A stretch of DNA of 64,000 nucleotides from assembly GCA_030141605.1 (NCBI GenBank), contig JAQGDQ010000656.1, positions 54,041-118,040 of the forward strand, given 5' to 3'. Made by a program: the position numbers and the translations under genes. The notes beneath the pieces were generated by a model. The model saw only the letters and a program-made list of their open reading frames with translations, searched no databases and was not told the DNA's origin. Positions within the stretch are counted from its first letter, which is position 1; each line of letters starts with the position of its first letter. The stretch comes from Tubiluchus corallicola (Eukaryota > Animalia > Priapulida). Positions 39,068 to 53,355 of the stretch are shown in pieces.

Positions 39068-41073
39068 CAGGGGCGTCGTGCATCAAAAAAAATTAGGGGG
39101 CCCCGACTGTATATAATGGCGGAACTTAACTGTTTAAAAAACGTATAATTTTGAATTCCCACACAGTATTTTGCGTGCAAGAAAGACGATTTATTTATTC
39201 CCAACTGGCATTTAACTTAAAGCTATAGCAACAGAAACTTAATTAAAATTAAAAATTAATTTAAAATTAAAATTTAATTAAGTACTTATAAGCTGTCAGG
39301 AATCCAAAGATTCGATGAAAAGACGACTACCAAAATATATGTTCCTTTAATTTAATATTTTTAACAATGACTAAACTTTTTATTCCGAGGCAAGATGAAG
39401 ATGTTGAACAAACAACAAACGTTATTTTTAAATGATTCAGCAGCACAAGTCAAAGCCAACGACGTAACATGAATAGAGGAATACGTTACAGGATGACTAA
39501 AGGGGTATAGTAGAAAAGCAATGACAGGTATTACACCAAGATAAAGCAAAGAGGTTAAAGAGGGCATTTAGTAGGATATGTCTGTACTTGTTTCTGCCGT
39601 CACACAAATGAATTAATGCACTGAAGTAATGCAATGAAATTTGTACTAACGACGCAGAACATCACTCCAGAAGAGCAACCACAGACTTCAAGTCAATATT
39701 CTTTGTTTTCTCAGCTTCAACTGCAAGGATCATCAGGTCACTCAGTCGTGACTGACTCATTGTACTGCGGAGAGCATTCTTAACAAATTTAAGAGCAGAA
39801 AAGGATCTCTCACAAGAGCAAGATGTAAGGGGCAGAGTCAGAATCAACTGGTATGCGATGGAGATCATTGGGTAAAGTTTGTCCAGTCCAGAAGTCATAT
39901 AACAGTATATTGAGTGAATGCAGTTTGTGTTGACATGTTCAGGAACAGAGTCTGCAGTGACAGCATGAGTGAGCAAGCGGTACTCCAACTCGAGGGTTTC
40001 TTCATCGAGATCAGCCATGTAGAAGGTGCAAAGAGTCTTGACTTTCTCCATCTTTGCAGGTGATGTTGATGGGTTGATCAGACAGTCAGTTGACAGTAGC
40101 AACGGAATGACATCAGAACCAAATCTAGAGTTCAATGCACTTGTCATCAGGTCGATGATCTCATAGAACTGAGCTGTTTGGAGAGAATCGGTTTGTTGCG
40201 TTACCTCTGTATGCCAGTACTCGTCAATTCTTTTCGAGACTTTGCGACGACGTGGCTCACTGTACTCCACCCCAATGCTCTCAGCTATTTCTTGTGCAAT
40301 CTCCCAGTACTTTTCGAAGTCATTCGCCATTCGCTTTACTGCAGTCTCTTTAATTAAGGCTTGGACGAGAACCGCTGCTGATGGCACATTGAGTTCTTTT
40401 GCCTTTAGGGGCTTCAGACTGGCTGGCCGACGTTACAGTAGATACAGACGCGCTGGATACGGGGATGAGTGTTGTGGCCGTAGAACCTGGGTCGGGAACA
40501 CCGTTGGACTTGAAAAATGAAGTCAGATTGGACTGCCTTGACATCTTTTAAAAAATATAGAATCACGTGGAAATTCCTATTTTATAACTAAAAAAGAATC
40601 AACATATTTCCTCGCATTTTCAATCAAAAATCTTGGATTTTACAAAATCTACAGCTTCTGAAAGAAAACATAGATTTCCAATCTGTCTAAGATTTATTGC
40701 AACATACTGTAGGTATGCACTCACCGACAATTGACCTGGCTTGACTGTGGATAATGACTAATTTTTTTCTAAGTGTAAGGAGACGTGTCACAATTTAATC
40801 AGAGACAATCGCTTTCAAGCTAACACTGCAAGTGCTTATATAAAAAAGGGGAAAGCAATATCATTGGCCCCTTGCACCATAGCCACGAGAGCAGAGGATG
40901 ATCAATGCAACAATTACACATTAGATTCAATCAATAATCTTACCTATGTGTATATATAATCGCATATCATGCCTACAGTGGGAGATTTCACACCTTATTG
41001 GTCTCATTACGAGCCGCCGACACCCTTAAAATTTTTGACATTTTCTAAAAATTTCTATAGCACGACGCCACTG
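39068..41073 (-). mobile_element. 2006-bp internally deleted hAT transposon
   Basis: TIR CAGGGGCGTCGTGC / GCACGACGCCACTG; perfect 8-bp TSD CTTGAGGT (39060-39067, 41074-41081); inserted in a ~33-bp tandem repeat. Confidence 0.95.
39662..40544 (-). pseudogene. Deleted hAT (ZMYM1-like) transposase: N-terminal stub plus C-terminal dimerisation region
   Basis: ORF 39662-40387 has LILTLPLTSCSCERSFSALKFVKNALRSTMSQSRLSDLMILAVE. A separate frame from ATG 40544 (MSRQSNLTSFFK) resembles a hAT N-terminus; the catalytic middle is missing. Confidence 0.88.
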
Positions 41074-42419
41074 CTTGAGGTTGTGCTAGAGTAACTTCCC
41101 ATATCCTATTCCAAAGTATTTTCAATGAAGGACTTGCCATCGAGAAGAGGTTTTGTGATGGCACCAATTTCTAATTCATGTTTAATGTTTGGTAGTTACT
41201 GTTGCTGCCCCTGTTGCAGTTCTCGTTGTCGTCACTGCCATTGTTGCTACTGCTGCTGCTACATCACTCCAAGCTTCTTCAATACTGTGCTGCTACATCA
41301 CTCCAAGCTTCTTCAATACTGGTCGGTATCTAAAACGAACGAAGGCAGACAATTAGCACAAAAACAATACTTACTATTAAAGTATCCTACATGAAAATTT
41401 CTACTGTAAATAGGTCAAGGATACAGAAATTAGAATAGACCAGTGAAGCAATGTCTCCTTTGCAAAAGAAATCAACGTATTATCTTCTTCCAACAACTAT
41501 AACAACACAGATGAGTCACAGACTTATCCATCAATTGACATCATCTGCATTGCAGTGATATAAACTTCTTTCTCTCTGATTGGTTTCAGCTCTGATGGAA
41601 ATCTGGCCTGAACTTTTTTAATAATTTAATAATTTAATAATTGTAAACAATTTTTAATAATTTAGGTTAGGAATATTACTGAAATACATAGGCGCCAATT
41701 CTGCGATTAAATCTGACATGCCCATTACCAAAAAGGCATCATGATGCACCTTCATGTTTCACCTTCATTACTTGTGAAAGAGAGGAGGGGAGAGGGGAGA
41801 GAGGAGGGAAAGAAAGGTGGAGAGGGAGCGAGTGAGTGAGAGGGGAGAGGTGAGAGGGGAGAGGCAAAAGGCGAAAGAGGGGAGAGGGAGAAGAAGAGAG
41901 AGAGAATGATAGAGCAGGATTTATGTGCATGCTTGATGATGAGTACGAAGAAATGAGGCGAAAAGGACGAAAATACAGAAGCAGTGGGGTTTAATAACGT
42001 TAAGTGCATCTGCTACTATTATAAGCTAACATTATAAGTTATTTAAATTATCATAAAGCTGACTATTTATTAGCAAAATATAAACAATACGCTCATACAA
42101 AGAAAGTAAACTGATAGGCAATGTATTTAAGAATTTGTTGTCTATCTTTGGGTCGTCAACAGATATAGCGGACTGGCCATAATCGTGTCCTGGATGTGTG
42201 AGGTTACTAGAAAAGAGACGCGATTGTCAAATCCAGACAGTCCAGATTCTATGGAAACGGCATCAAGGAAGATGGCGACACTAGCGCCATTTCTTAGTAT
42301 TGCTGTCCAGTAAATCTGAACACTAATTGCCGTTTCATCCTTTTCACATCCTGCAAGCGAATTTCAAAAGGAAGAAAATGCAATTTTAACGTGCATGACA
42401 AAAAACTTTCCATAAAAAT

Positions 42420-43050
42420 ACCTGCTTAAAAAACTTATGTAACGAGAAAAGAGATTTCTTAGTAATTTAACATGTTCGGGCCAATTGGTAAAATGTCACG
42501 GACTCGTCTTCCCAGTGTGCACCACTGACTCACTCAAAGTAACTGTGACGTAATGAATTGCTCTGTTCTTTTACTCTTTTTTAGTAAAATGTTATGTACA
42601 AGCACGTATAGGTTGAACTCACGACCAAGTCATACCAAAGACTTTAAAATCAAAGTAACATGCGGGTAATAAGAATCAAGAGTTTCTTAAGTTGTTGTCC
42701 ATGTACTATTATACCAAACAAAATTATCGTAATTATTATTATTATTACAGTTACCTGTTTGTAGCAACGAGTTAGCAACATTTCAAGATGTACCGCAACA
42801 TTTCAAGATGTACCACTTTCATTAAAGGACAAGAAAACCCTTTCCTTACAAAATTAAAGCTAAAAATGTCTAAAAATTTTTGTAACTCTCGCAATGACCA
42901 TTAGGCACAGCCATTTTGACAATAAGTCGTTTGAAATAAGTTTAAATAGCATAGCCTAAAGTTTGAAAAACGCTACTGAACAGTGAGTTACGAATGCTCT
43001 CGATTATTTTTTCAATGGACTTATCGTCAAAATGGCTGTGCCTACCAGTC
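42420..43050. mobile_element. Rearranged family B MITE fragments plus a possible SINE remnant
   Basis: TTAAAGGACAAGAAAA at 42822; CAGCCATTTTGAC and its inverse; SINE-like GTCATACCAAAGACTTTAAAA at ~42629. Confidence 0.55.
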
Positions 43051-43051
43051 A

Positions 43052-43970
43052 ATGAGCGAGCGAGTGAAATAATTATGAATAAATGAATGAGTGAACAAGT
43101 GAAATAATGAGTGAATGAGCGAGTGAAATAATTATGAATAAATGAATGAGTGAACAAGTGAAATAATGAGTGAATGAGCGAGTGAAATAATTCTGAATAA
43201 ATGGATGAGTGAACAAGTGAAATAATGAGTGAATGAGCGAGTGAAATAATTGTGAATAAATGAATGAGTGAGCAAGTGAAATAAGGAGTGAACGAGAGAG
43301 TGAAATAATTATGAATAAATGAATGAGTGAACTAGTGAAATAATAATGAGTGAATGAGCGAGCGAGTGAAATAATTATGATGAATAAATGAATGAGCAAA
43401 CGAGTGAAATAATGAGTGAATGAGCAAGTGAGTGAATGAGTGAGCGAGTGATATAATTATGAGGAATAAATGAATGAGCAAACGAGTGAAATAATAATGA
43501 GTGAATGAGTGAACAAGTGAAATTATGAGTGAATAAGCAAGTGAGTGAAATAATTATGGTGAATAAATGAATGAACGAAAGAGTGAAATACTAATTAGTG
43601 AATGAATGAAATAATTATGACGAATAAATGAATGAGTGAACGAGTGGAATAATGAGTGAATGAGCGAGGGAGTGAAATAAATGAATGAGCAAACGAGTGA
43701 AATAATGATGAGTGAATGAATGAATGAATGAATGAATGAGCGAACGAGTGAAATAATGATGAGTGAATGATCGAGTGAGTGAAATACTAATGAGTGAATG
43801 AGCGAGCGAGTGAAATAATAATGAGTGAATGAGCGAGCGAGTGAAATAATTATGATGAATAAATGAATGAGCGAGCGAGTGAAATAATAATGAGTGAATG
43901 ATCGAGCGAGTAAAATAATTATGAATGAATGAATGAGGCAGGGCGTGAAATAATTATGACAAATAAATGA
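43052..43970. repeat. Degenerate GAGTGAAATAAT/GAATGA minisatellite
   Basis: Directly visible. Confidence 0.93.
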
Positions 43971-46831
43971 AGGAGCCACGCAACAAAGGACACTATGGCA
44001 CGTTATAAAATATTAGAAAACAGGCAAACACTTACAAGACTGTACGATCGTTTGTTGCGCTTGCATTTAGCATTGTATTCTGTGCTGTCGCATCATGATG
44101 TACTGTTTATACTACACTCAATGACTACCATATTCCATATCAGTAGAGTTTCATACGTCATTTCTATTAAAAAATGAAAAAGCCTATTTTACAAATTGGT
44201 ATTTAACTGAAGGCTGCAATATGATTAGGTTCGATTTTCAAATTAGTGCACTTTGTATTATATGTTAAAACATCCAATTAACTGCGCTCAATCCGCCTAA
44301 TAAACTTGTTTATAGTCTGTAACAATTTGCCAACTCTCATTAATAATTCTTCAATTCTAAACTTCACTGAACACAAAATCAAGCTGTAAATAAATCTAAT
44401 TTGACAATTTACTAATTTATATTACATTCTATCAAACTGATAAGGCTGACTTTTATTAAACTAAAATGTTCAAAATGATCAGTTCATGATGATTCAAAAT
44501 AATGCAAAAATGATGTATTTACTTACATTGTATGTCTCCATAAAGCAAATCTAGTATTTACTAATATATCTAACAAAATACGCCACTCGTACTGTGAAGA
44601 ACTACTTTGTCACTACCAAAGTAGAAAAGCCCGTTAACGTCTACCAACTAACTCACTTGCGCAGGTAAAAACAGATATGCACAGGTGAGTGACCGTGGTC
44701 ACGTGACCAACAAGATACTTGGTAAAATTCCCTATACTGTTACTGTCCATATGTGTAAAATAAAACGATTCTCATTCTTGTTATTTCTATCCTTAATTTT
44801 AATTAAGACACACGTTTACTCACAAAAATATTCGGATGCTAAGGGCTTACCATGTGGATACATAACCTGGTACCAAGACTCAATCACATCGTTTCATTAG
44901 GCTTCCATCAAGTTGCAACTAAAAACGACTGTAACTTCTTTGTACAACTTGAAAATTGGCTTCCTTGACACCCTGATGAATCATGTGACCTTCATGAGCA
45001 TAAACCTGAAAAATACAGTTTATATTGTTCGAGGTCCTTGAAGGGATTTATTCATACGGCTATGGCTGAAGCTAGTGGACAAATCCATTCTAATGGGAGT
45101 AAACTTGAATCACACATGTACGAGAAAACTCCAAAAGTTATTTTAGTATTTATAAAACTATATCAAAATGACAAACTTCTAACCAAAAAATATCAAAATG
45201 ATCGTCTCTGGCAAAAAAATATTTAAATGATCAGTTTCTAGCTAAACAAAGGGTATTCGTATGTGTAAAATATGTCAAAGATTCAGAATGGCACAAAATT
45301 ATTTGCGGTTTTACCTGTGACAAAAAGCAGAAGACTTAAATTAGTGATATGAAATTTTAAGATTGTATTTTGTAAAGTCTACGCAAAACTACGAAGACTC
45401 AAAAAATTGTATTTTGTAAACTTCATTTGCGAAGAATTTTTAATTAATAAACAGACACCATAAGCAAAGTAAAACAGCTTATAACGCAAAACGACACAAG
45501 AAGCAACTTTCACCAGGACGTGGCCAAAGCGAACAGATTTCGATATGAAAGTTTCAAAACGCAGTTTGTACGTAGTTGTTAGTCAAATTATTTTAACTAA
45601 AAACAACATTGGAGTTTAAACCAAGTTAAATTAAGCCATACTACCCTAATAATCCTCTACTAATCAATAAATTCAACTAAAACTGGTCATTAGAATTAAA
45701 TGATCGCTTTCGATTTCTGCGTGCAAAATCTCTATGCATCCATCGCAACACACACTAAAATTATATTTATTAGAAAAAATCTAAACAACTTACATTTGTC
45801 GCTGTTCGTTGACATTTACAACATAAAGACAAATAGAATCTGACGTTCCCGACACCGAATCGTAAAAGGTAACTTGTTGGCCATGACGAAAAACTAACGT
45901 ATTCACAAGTGGGCGGGTATAACCAGTTTACACTGCTACACGTGTTCCAGGTTTTATACCAGGAATGGCTTCCAATTGGACAAGTTTCAAACAACTAGCA
46001 CGTGACTTACACTAGTTTTCTTCTACAACGTAAACCTGTTTCTATTTTGTACAGTTAGTAGGCTGGAACGGGTTGTTCAGCAGTAGTACAACGGGCTACA
46101 GTAAGAAACTATATGCCGTGTTATAATCGCTATTCTATACTGAATGTAACACGATTTTGTTGGTCTTGTAGCGAAATAAAATCTTCGTGAAACTTATTCC
46201 CTTTCACACACACACACGCACACACACACACGCTCGCGCACAAACATACATACATTGAGAGGCATCATACTTACAATAATTAACCTAGTGGCCAATTAAT
46301 AGGAGGTATTGAAAAGTTGGATCAAAGCAAGATTTGAACCTAGAACCCTGTACTTCCAGGGCATATGTGCTTTCGGTGACGCACACACACGAATGCACAC
46401 ACAAACGCACACACACACACATTACATGACAGCTCACCTGCACACATATTATACTACATTATATATATATATATATTACGCTATGTATATTATGTATTAA
46501 ATTTGATTTTATTTCTAATATCTTCTATAAATTTGAACTCACACGTTACATATTATATTAAACGTACTTCTAAAATAATATTCTACATTAAGATTTTTCT
46601 CAATTTGTTGTTTCCACTAAGGGTACTTTAAAGTAGTTTAATCATTCTACCGTGAGGCAATATTCGTAATTCACTTTTGTAAACAATATTTGCACATTTT
46701 CTAGTAACGCATTTTTTCAGCTTTGCACATTATAACCTACGAATAATACGTCCGCTGATTAATACCCACAATTTTTGACCGCTGGTCAATTAGTTGTTTT
46801 ATTTCTTCAGTGTGGACGTGGTGATTGGTCA

Positions 46832-46855
46832 ATAATAATAATAATAATAATAATA

Positions 46856-46923
<68 letters not shown>

Positions 46924-46927
46924 AATG

Positions 46928-47023
<96 letters not shown>

Positions 47024-47075
47024 GTAGTAGTAGTAGTAGGATGAGGACTAGGAGTAATAACAGTAATAATAATAA
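46832..47075. repeat. (AAT)n(GAT)n(AAT)n(AGT)n microsatellite
   Basis: Directly visible. Confidence 0.97.
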
Positions 47076-48059
47076 AAAATTCTTTATTGCTATAAAAATT
47101 ACACATCATTGAATGGTAAATGGTCTCAACTGAAGAAGGTACGTGCATGTATGTGAAACTTTTAGCGCGAATGCTAAAATGATTGGCACTACGCCTATAG
47201 GATTAGCTTCAGCAGCAAGTAACTCGGCTTTAACTTGAGTAAAACACGTTCATACATAATAAACCTCCAATAAAGTTTATTCGCAATTCTTACACCTGTG
47301 ACTAAACTATTTTACAGGTTTATTTTCTCTTCTTTAATTAATATTATCTCCAACTTTCTCGAACTAAGCTAGACTAGAACTCAGTCTTTCAAACTTGCAG
47401 ACTATTCTAACTCCTTTTAGAGCAGAGTTTTTCGTCTTACCGGAATAAGAGACTGTAACGTTTTTGATCATTCAGCGCCGTCGAGCGGCTAAATTAGCAA
47501 ACATAACTTGAAAGAATTTTAAACGTTTTTGAGCGTGACATTCTATGAGCAACAGTTTGCTTGATTGTGGACGTTTTATAAAAGTAATTACGTATTTGTT
47601 AGCTAAAAAATTTGGTACGGAGATGTGAATCCACAAAAACAGTTTTTCTTTAATCCAGGTCTCAGAACTTCAGTCTAATATACTTCAAGCTCTCTACAAA
47701 TTCAGTCAATCTTTATATAGCCAATTACAAAGTTTGTACACGCTAATATACCGCATAATAATTTTAAAATGTAATATTTGCCTATTAAATATTTTAACCA
47801 ATGAGCTGCATAAACACTTTGAAATGAACTTACTTTCCTGTCGTGCAATAGATGGCGCTGCAAGTTTGGGAAGCGCCATAACTTTCGATGCCACTCTGCA
47901 TGCTAAACTTCGAGATCTATTTAGGCTACTTGCAGACTTGCAGTGCCTTCGGTTCCCTGCGCAAGTGTCTGTGGAATCAGTGTGACATCGAGTTGTAGAG
48001 AAAATGTGAAGTCAAAGGTACAATTTGTCTGCCTTCCATGTTATATGGTCTGAAAGTAC

Positions 48060-48450
48060 GTCATTTGCTAGTCTGCAATACCAGCCCTTACGATTCATAA
48101 TGCACCCTTCTTGGAAAGACAAAATTCGAAATATAGAAGTCCTCGGGCGCGTCAACATGCCAAGTGTGATACACAATCTGGGCTACTGTCAGGCTTTGAT
48201 GGACTGGCCGTCTAGTATACACGGTTTCTAGTTGCCTACCAAACGCTGTTCTTTGTGATGAGCTTACAAGTTATAACAAGTAGTCATAAAGAGATGGACA
48301 AAAACTTTGATACAAGGTCGCCTAGACTATTAGGAGGACCTTGATTATGATAGATCAAAATGGCACTCTCTTCTCCATGCCAGCATCAATATCATTGAAA
48401 CCAACCCAGTAGAAGAACACCAGAGGAAATCTTGGGAGAGGCGCAATCAG
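48060..48450 (+). mobile_element. Degenerate RTE-clade LINE 3' fragment
   Basis: LRFIMHPSWKDKIRNIEVLGRVNMPSV resembles the RTE/BovB pattern LRxIlxIxWxDKvxNxEVL. Confidence 0.6.
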
Positions 48451-48589
48451 GCAGAGACGGAAGCTTCGACCAATATCTGTGGCGTTGACTTCACCTGCCA
48501 GCCACATAAGATTTAAGCACAGAATGATATGAATCCTGCAAATCTTAATCGATCACAATGGACTGTCTGCTACTGCTGCTGTTACTCCT

Positions 48590-49060
<471 letters not shown>

Positions 49061-49799
49061 TTCCCTATCAAATTATTAGTAGTAGTTGTAAGGATTTCAT
49101 TATTGTATGAAACCTTTAAAGTTTTAATAACATACAATTGATTTATGCCTCAGAAAAAGGAAACTGACCACACGGAGCCATAGTCGCTTGAGGGCTGCAA
49201 TAAATAAAATGAATTTAAGAAGGCAAAAAAGTAAATTTGATCTTGGCAAAAAAGTTGTAGCTTTGATTGCATTTTTGTAATTTCAATTATCGATCTTTGA
49301 AATAACAGTTACAAAAATCAGATAATGTGACGTTTTAAACCGATTAAATTTTGAAATCCAAACTTCGCAGAAAGAAATGTAAGTCGGGCTGTGCTAAGAT
49401 TTGAATCATAAGCCTTTGGGGGTAGGGGTTCAAATAAAGGTTATCACGTTATCTAATGCGCAAATAGTTGTGCCTCATTGAGCACTATAATTATGAATGC
49501 AATAATGAAAAATAATCGTTTTTGCAGCCGTAACATGTGGAAACCCTGTTGGGAATTATTTACAAGACAGTGAAAACGCAAAGAGATTGTTTTACCTTAC
49601 AAAACTATTTTATTGTGAAAAAGTTACAGTTTCAATTATTTCGCCAATTAGAAATTCACGCCAAATGTAATTTTATCTTTCAAACTTAATTAATAAACAT
49701 GTGGTATAATGAGGTTTACCTATTTGTATAAAAAGCAAGTGAAACAATGTGGCTACATGGAGAAGTAAGGAAAGATAGACATGTGCACATATAAAGAAA

Positions 49800-49985
<186 letters not shown>

Positions 49986-50550
49986 GAAAAACAAAGTGAA
50001 TGAAAAGAGAGAAAACAATAAAAGAAAGAAATGTAAAAAGAAGGAAGGAAGGTAAAAAGGAAGAAACAAACAAACAAATAAACACAGAAGGAAAAAAGAA
50101 AGTAAATATGAAAAAAGAGATAAAAGAAAAACAGAAGAGAAGGCGAGAAAGAGAAAAAACAAAAAATGAAAAAAATCGAAACAAGAGCGAGAAACTGGAG
50201 AGAGACAGAAAAAGAGGATGAGGCAGAGAGGAAGGGAGAAAGGGCGCGAAAGAGATGAAAGAATCTATAAAGAAGCACAAGTGCTAACCAAACAACAAAC
50301 CATGAAAATAGCAAAATAGAAAGCCGCCATCTTACCATCACTGAACTGATTGAGCATTAAATGTTCAATTTAGGGGAGATGAGCGCTACAATGTTCCAAA
50401 TATATTCAAAAATATATACGCACAACAGCAGACTGAGTCCTGCTTAAAGAGGGCAGCACATTTCCACGTACATAACGTAATTACAAACATTTAATTCAAT
50501 AAAAGATAACAAGTGCGTAATAAAAATAGATTCTTTCATAAATTTCTCTG

Positions 50551-51942
50551 CTAAACCAAATCAGTTACTAAGTCAACGCGAGGGAAACCGTTCAAGAGCA
50601 TATCTCTTTCACTGCGTCGAATGACCGTTGTCGCCGTCGCCGTTTTGGACGCCGGCTTATCGAAGTTGTGCAACACTCGACGGTGATGTAAATGGTACAC
50701 ACCGGAAACACTGGGATTACTGGAATGACTGGATTCCGGTGGTCCTCGGGAATACCTCAGCGTCTTGTTGCTCTTGTCAGTGTAGCTACCGCCGCTGCAC
50801 AACCTCTCGCGGAACAGTATTACCAGTGCTTTCCGAAAATTCACACCCCAGACAGCGTAGAGGATGAAATTAATGGAAAAGTTGGTGTAATAGAGTAGCT
50901 GAAAGAAATTCTGCAAGAGGACGAATACCGGCGTAAACTGGTGTTGAGGATCAAGACATGTCTGAATAAACATGTACATCCTCAATGCGTAACTCGGCAA
51001 GTTCAACACTAGAAACACAGTTGATATCAATAGTAACAGCTTGGCAATGCTGTACTGAGACTTTGACGTTTGAGCAGAGTTTCTGGCCGAATTTATCGGA
51101 TCGAGGACCTGGCACTTCCGCGTGAACCACAGGACCTGGGCGCCGATAAAACTATTGAGGACGATCAGCGAAAGGCATGGAATGATTAGCGTAACGACCG
51201 TATCAACGTGGTTCAATATCGAGTGAGTGTTAAAGTACTTCTGCAGGGGAGCGCATGCCGTCTGATTGATGCTTTCCATGAGAACAATGCCCGTGGTCCA
51301 CAAGTTATAACTGTAAGCTAGCAAGGCGCACGTTGTTAAGAACAACACCACAATCTTGGAACGTTCCATTGTGCACATTCGCGGCCGGTGTAACGGATAG
51401 CACACCGCAATGAATCGTTCCACGGTGAAACCGACGATGAACCAAACCGAAAGGAAACTGGTCACCGAGGAAGAATAAACGAGTAACTGACACCACCCGT
51501 TCCGGTTGAACAAGTCCACACCGAAATATCCGAACCACAACAAGAACAGTGTGAACAGGTAACCGGTGTCGGCCACTGCCAAAGCCGACAGGTAGTAACT
51601 GGACGAACGTTTCCTTAGATACGTGCAACTAAACACGGCAAATGATATCAGGTTTCCCACAATGCCAATAAAAATAATCACTGGTACATAGTACATGTGA
51701 AATCCATATATGACGCTAGACAACCTAGCGTTAATTAGATCGTCATTATCATTTGATGATTCATCAACAGTTTCTATACTGACAGTCGTGCCATTTGCGT
51801 CAGAGTAACTACCGTTTTGTTTTCGAATTAGACCCACCATTTTATACGTGTGAATGAATGAGTTATTCAAATAAACAGATCCGTTCACTCCTTCAAAGAT
51901 GTTGTTTCCTTCCATAGTGTTGCTACGTTTTATTGTCTGCAT
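50551..51942 (-). CDS. CNMaR: Intronless class A (rhodopsin-like) neuropeptide GPCR of the FMRFamide-receptor-like group, most like the CNMamide receptor
   Basis: Seven TM segments: GIVGNLIS (TM1), SSSYYLSALAVAD (TM2), WCQLLVY...FTVERFIAVCYPL (TM3, ERF), IIP (TM5), FLVLNLPSY (TM6), NFSINFILY...NFR (TM7/H8). The N-terminus carries N-glycosylation sequons. Start uncertain: ATG at 51942, 51915 or 51840. The CNMaR assignment is from recalled motif similarity and is less certain than the GPCR call. Confidence 0.93.
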   Translation of the reverse strand: MQTIKRSNTMEGNNIFEGVNGSVYLNNSFIHTYKMVGLIRKQNGSYSDANGTTVSIETVDESSNDNDDLINARLSSVIYGFHMYYVPVIIFIGIVGNLISFAVFSCTYLRKRSSSYYLSALAVADTGYLFTLFLLWFGYFGVDLFNRNGWCQLLVYSSSVTSFLSVWFIVGFTVERFIAVCYPLHRPRMCTMERSKIVVLFLTTCALLAYSYNLWTTGIVLMESINQTACAPLQKYFNTHSILNHVDTVVTLIIPCLSLIVLNSFIGAQVLWFTRKCQVLDPINSARNSAQTSKSQYSIAKLLLLISTVFLVLNLPSYALRMYMFIQTCLDPQHQFTPVFVLLQNFFQLLYYTNFSINFILYAVWGVNFRKALVILFRERLCSGGSYTDKSNKTLRYSRGPPESSHSSNPSVSGVYHLHHRRVLHNFDKPASKTATATTVIRRSERDMLLNGFPRVDLVTDLV

Positions 51943-52505
51943 CACAGTGTAACAACAGAACGTCTTTCTTTTATGCACAAAAGCTATGAGACAGTAATAT
52001 CATACTGAATTACTGTGTACGTTGACTCAATGAACCACGATGCGATGACATCAAACTAATTAACTTATACATCAGCTTCAATGAAATCCGGCGTGTGACA
52101 GACACTGCAAGACGCCTTGCAAATAGTGTGCAAACAGGTGTAGATGAATAATTTATTTGACCTCTTCAGGCGACGAACACGCGAATGGCGCCCCCCGTGC
52201 TCTCTGGCTTTCCTTTTCCAAACACGGGCGCTTTCCTAATCTGTGTAACAATTCTAGCGGAAAAATAATGCCCGGGCCTGGAGCGCACAGGGTGCCTTCC
52301 TACTCTCTGTAACAATTCTAGCGGAAAAATGATGCCCGGGCCTGGAGCGCCCAGGGGAAAAACGGTTTGTAATCAGCGATTTCCTAGCAGAAGATTTAGT
52401 GAAACCGATGTTTTCTGCGCGCCGTAGAACAATTTTCACACTGACGAGATTTCAGAATATTAATGCGCCACTGCTGGAGGAAGTCACACAAGAAGCCAGT
52501 AGAAT
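51943..52505 (-). other. Probable long 5'UTR in the GPCR coding exon, including a ~50-bp direct duplication with 64-bp period (52244-52356)
   Basis: Acceptor gttaattatgttacttgtttcag ending at 52506; GC/CpG-richer sequence continues to the CDS. Confidence 0.5.
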
Positions 52506-53152
52506 CTGAAACAAGTAACATAATTAACACATTATTGATTTTATATGCATTTTATATATGACATGTTGCAGTATGTTGACCCCTTCGTGCGGAGACTACT
52601 TTGGGCAATTTAAATTATTGTATTTTGGTCGAAATTTTTGGTTACCAGTCGAGTTACAATGACCCATAAATAATAATAATAATATGCAAAAAACGCGTCA
52701 CGTGTGTTAGTTTAGTTTAATTTCCAGATATTTCTTATTTATTTGCACGTTCAAACAAAGACAGGCCCTTCAATAAATTATAAAATAATTACAATTTCAA
52801 CAATGAAATGCACAGACACTAAAAATACACATTTACAAACTACTTACAAACAACATACACGAGTAGGAAATAAGCCTTTTCATAGCTTCGTTGTGCGCAC
52901 GCGCGGTTGCTGCAGGTCAAAGGTTAAGTGTACTAGACCAACGCGTCTTAACTGCAACCGAAACTTGACGTGTCTGTCAAGCAAACCCGTCTGTCGCATC
53001 AGTTCGGTAACATTAGTTGTTTTATGGGGACTCTACTTAATTGTGCATTGTTTCTTTATTTAATTAAAGCTTCTTAAATGTCAGTACTTTTATAAATGTA
53101 AAGCGCAACTGAGTATTTTTATTTATCTGGGGCGCTATGTAAATTTTATGTA

Positions 53153-53355
<203 letters not shown>

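Noticed and set aside
50628-51628. Short ORFs overlapping the GPCR
   Set aside because: Shadow frames of a real CDS.
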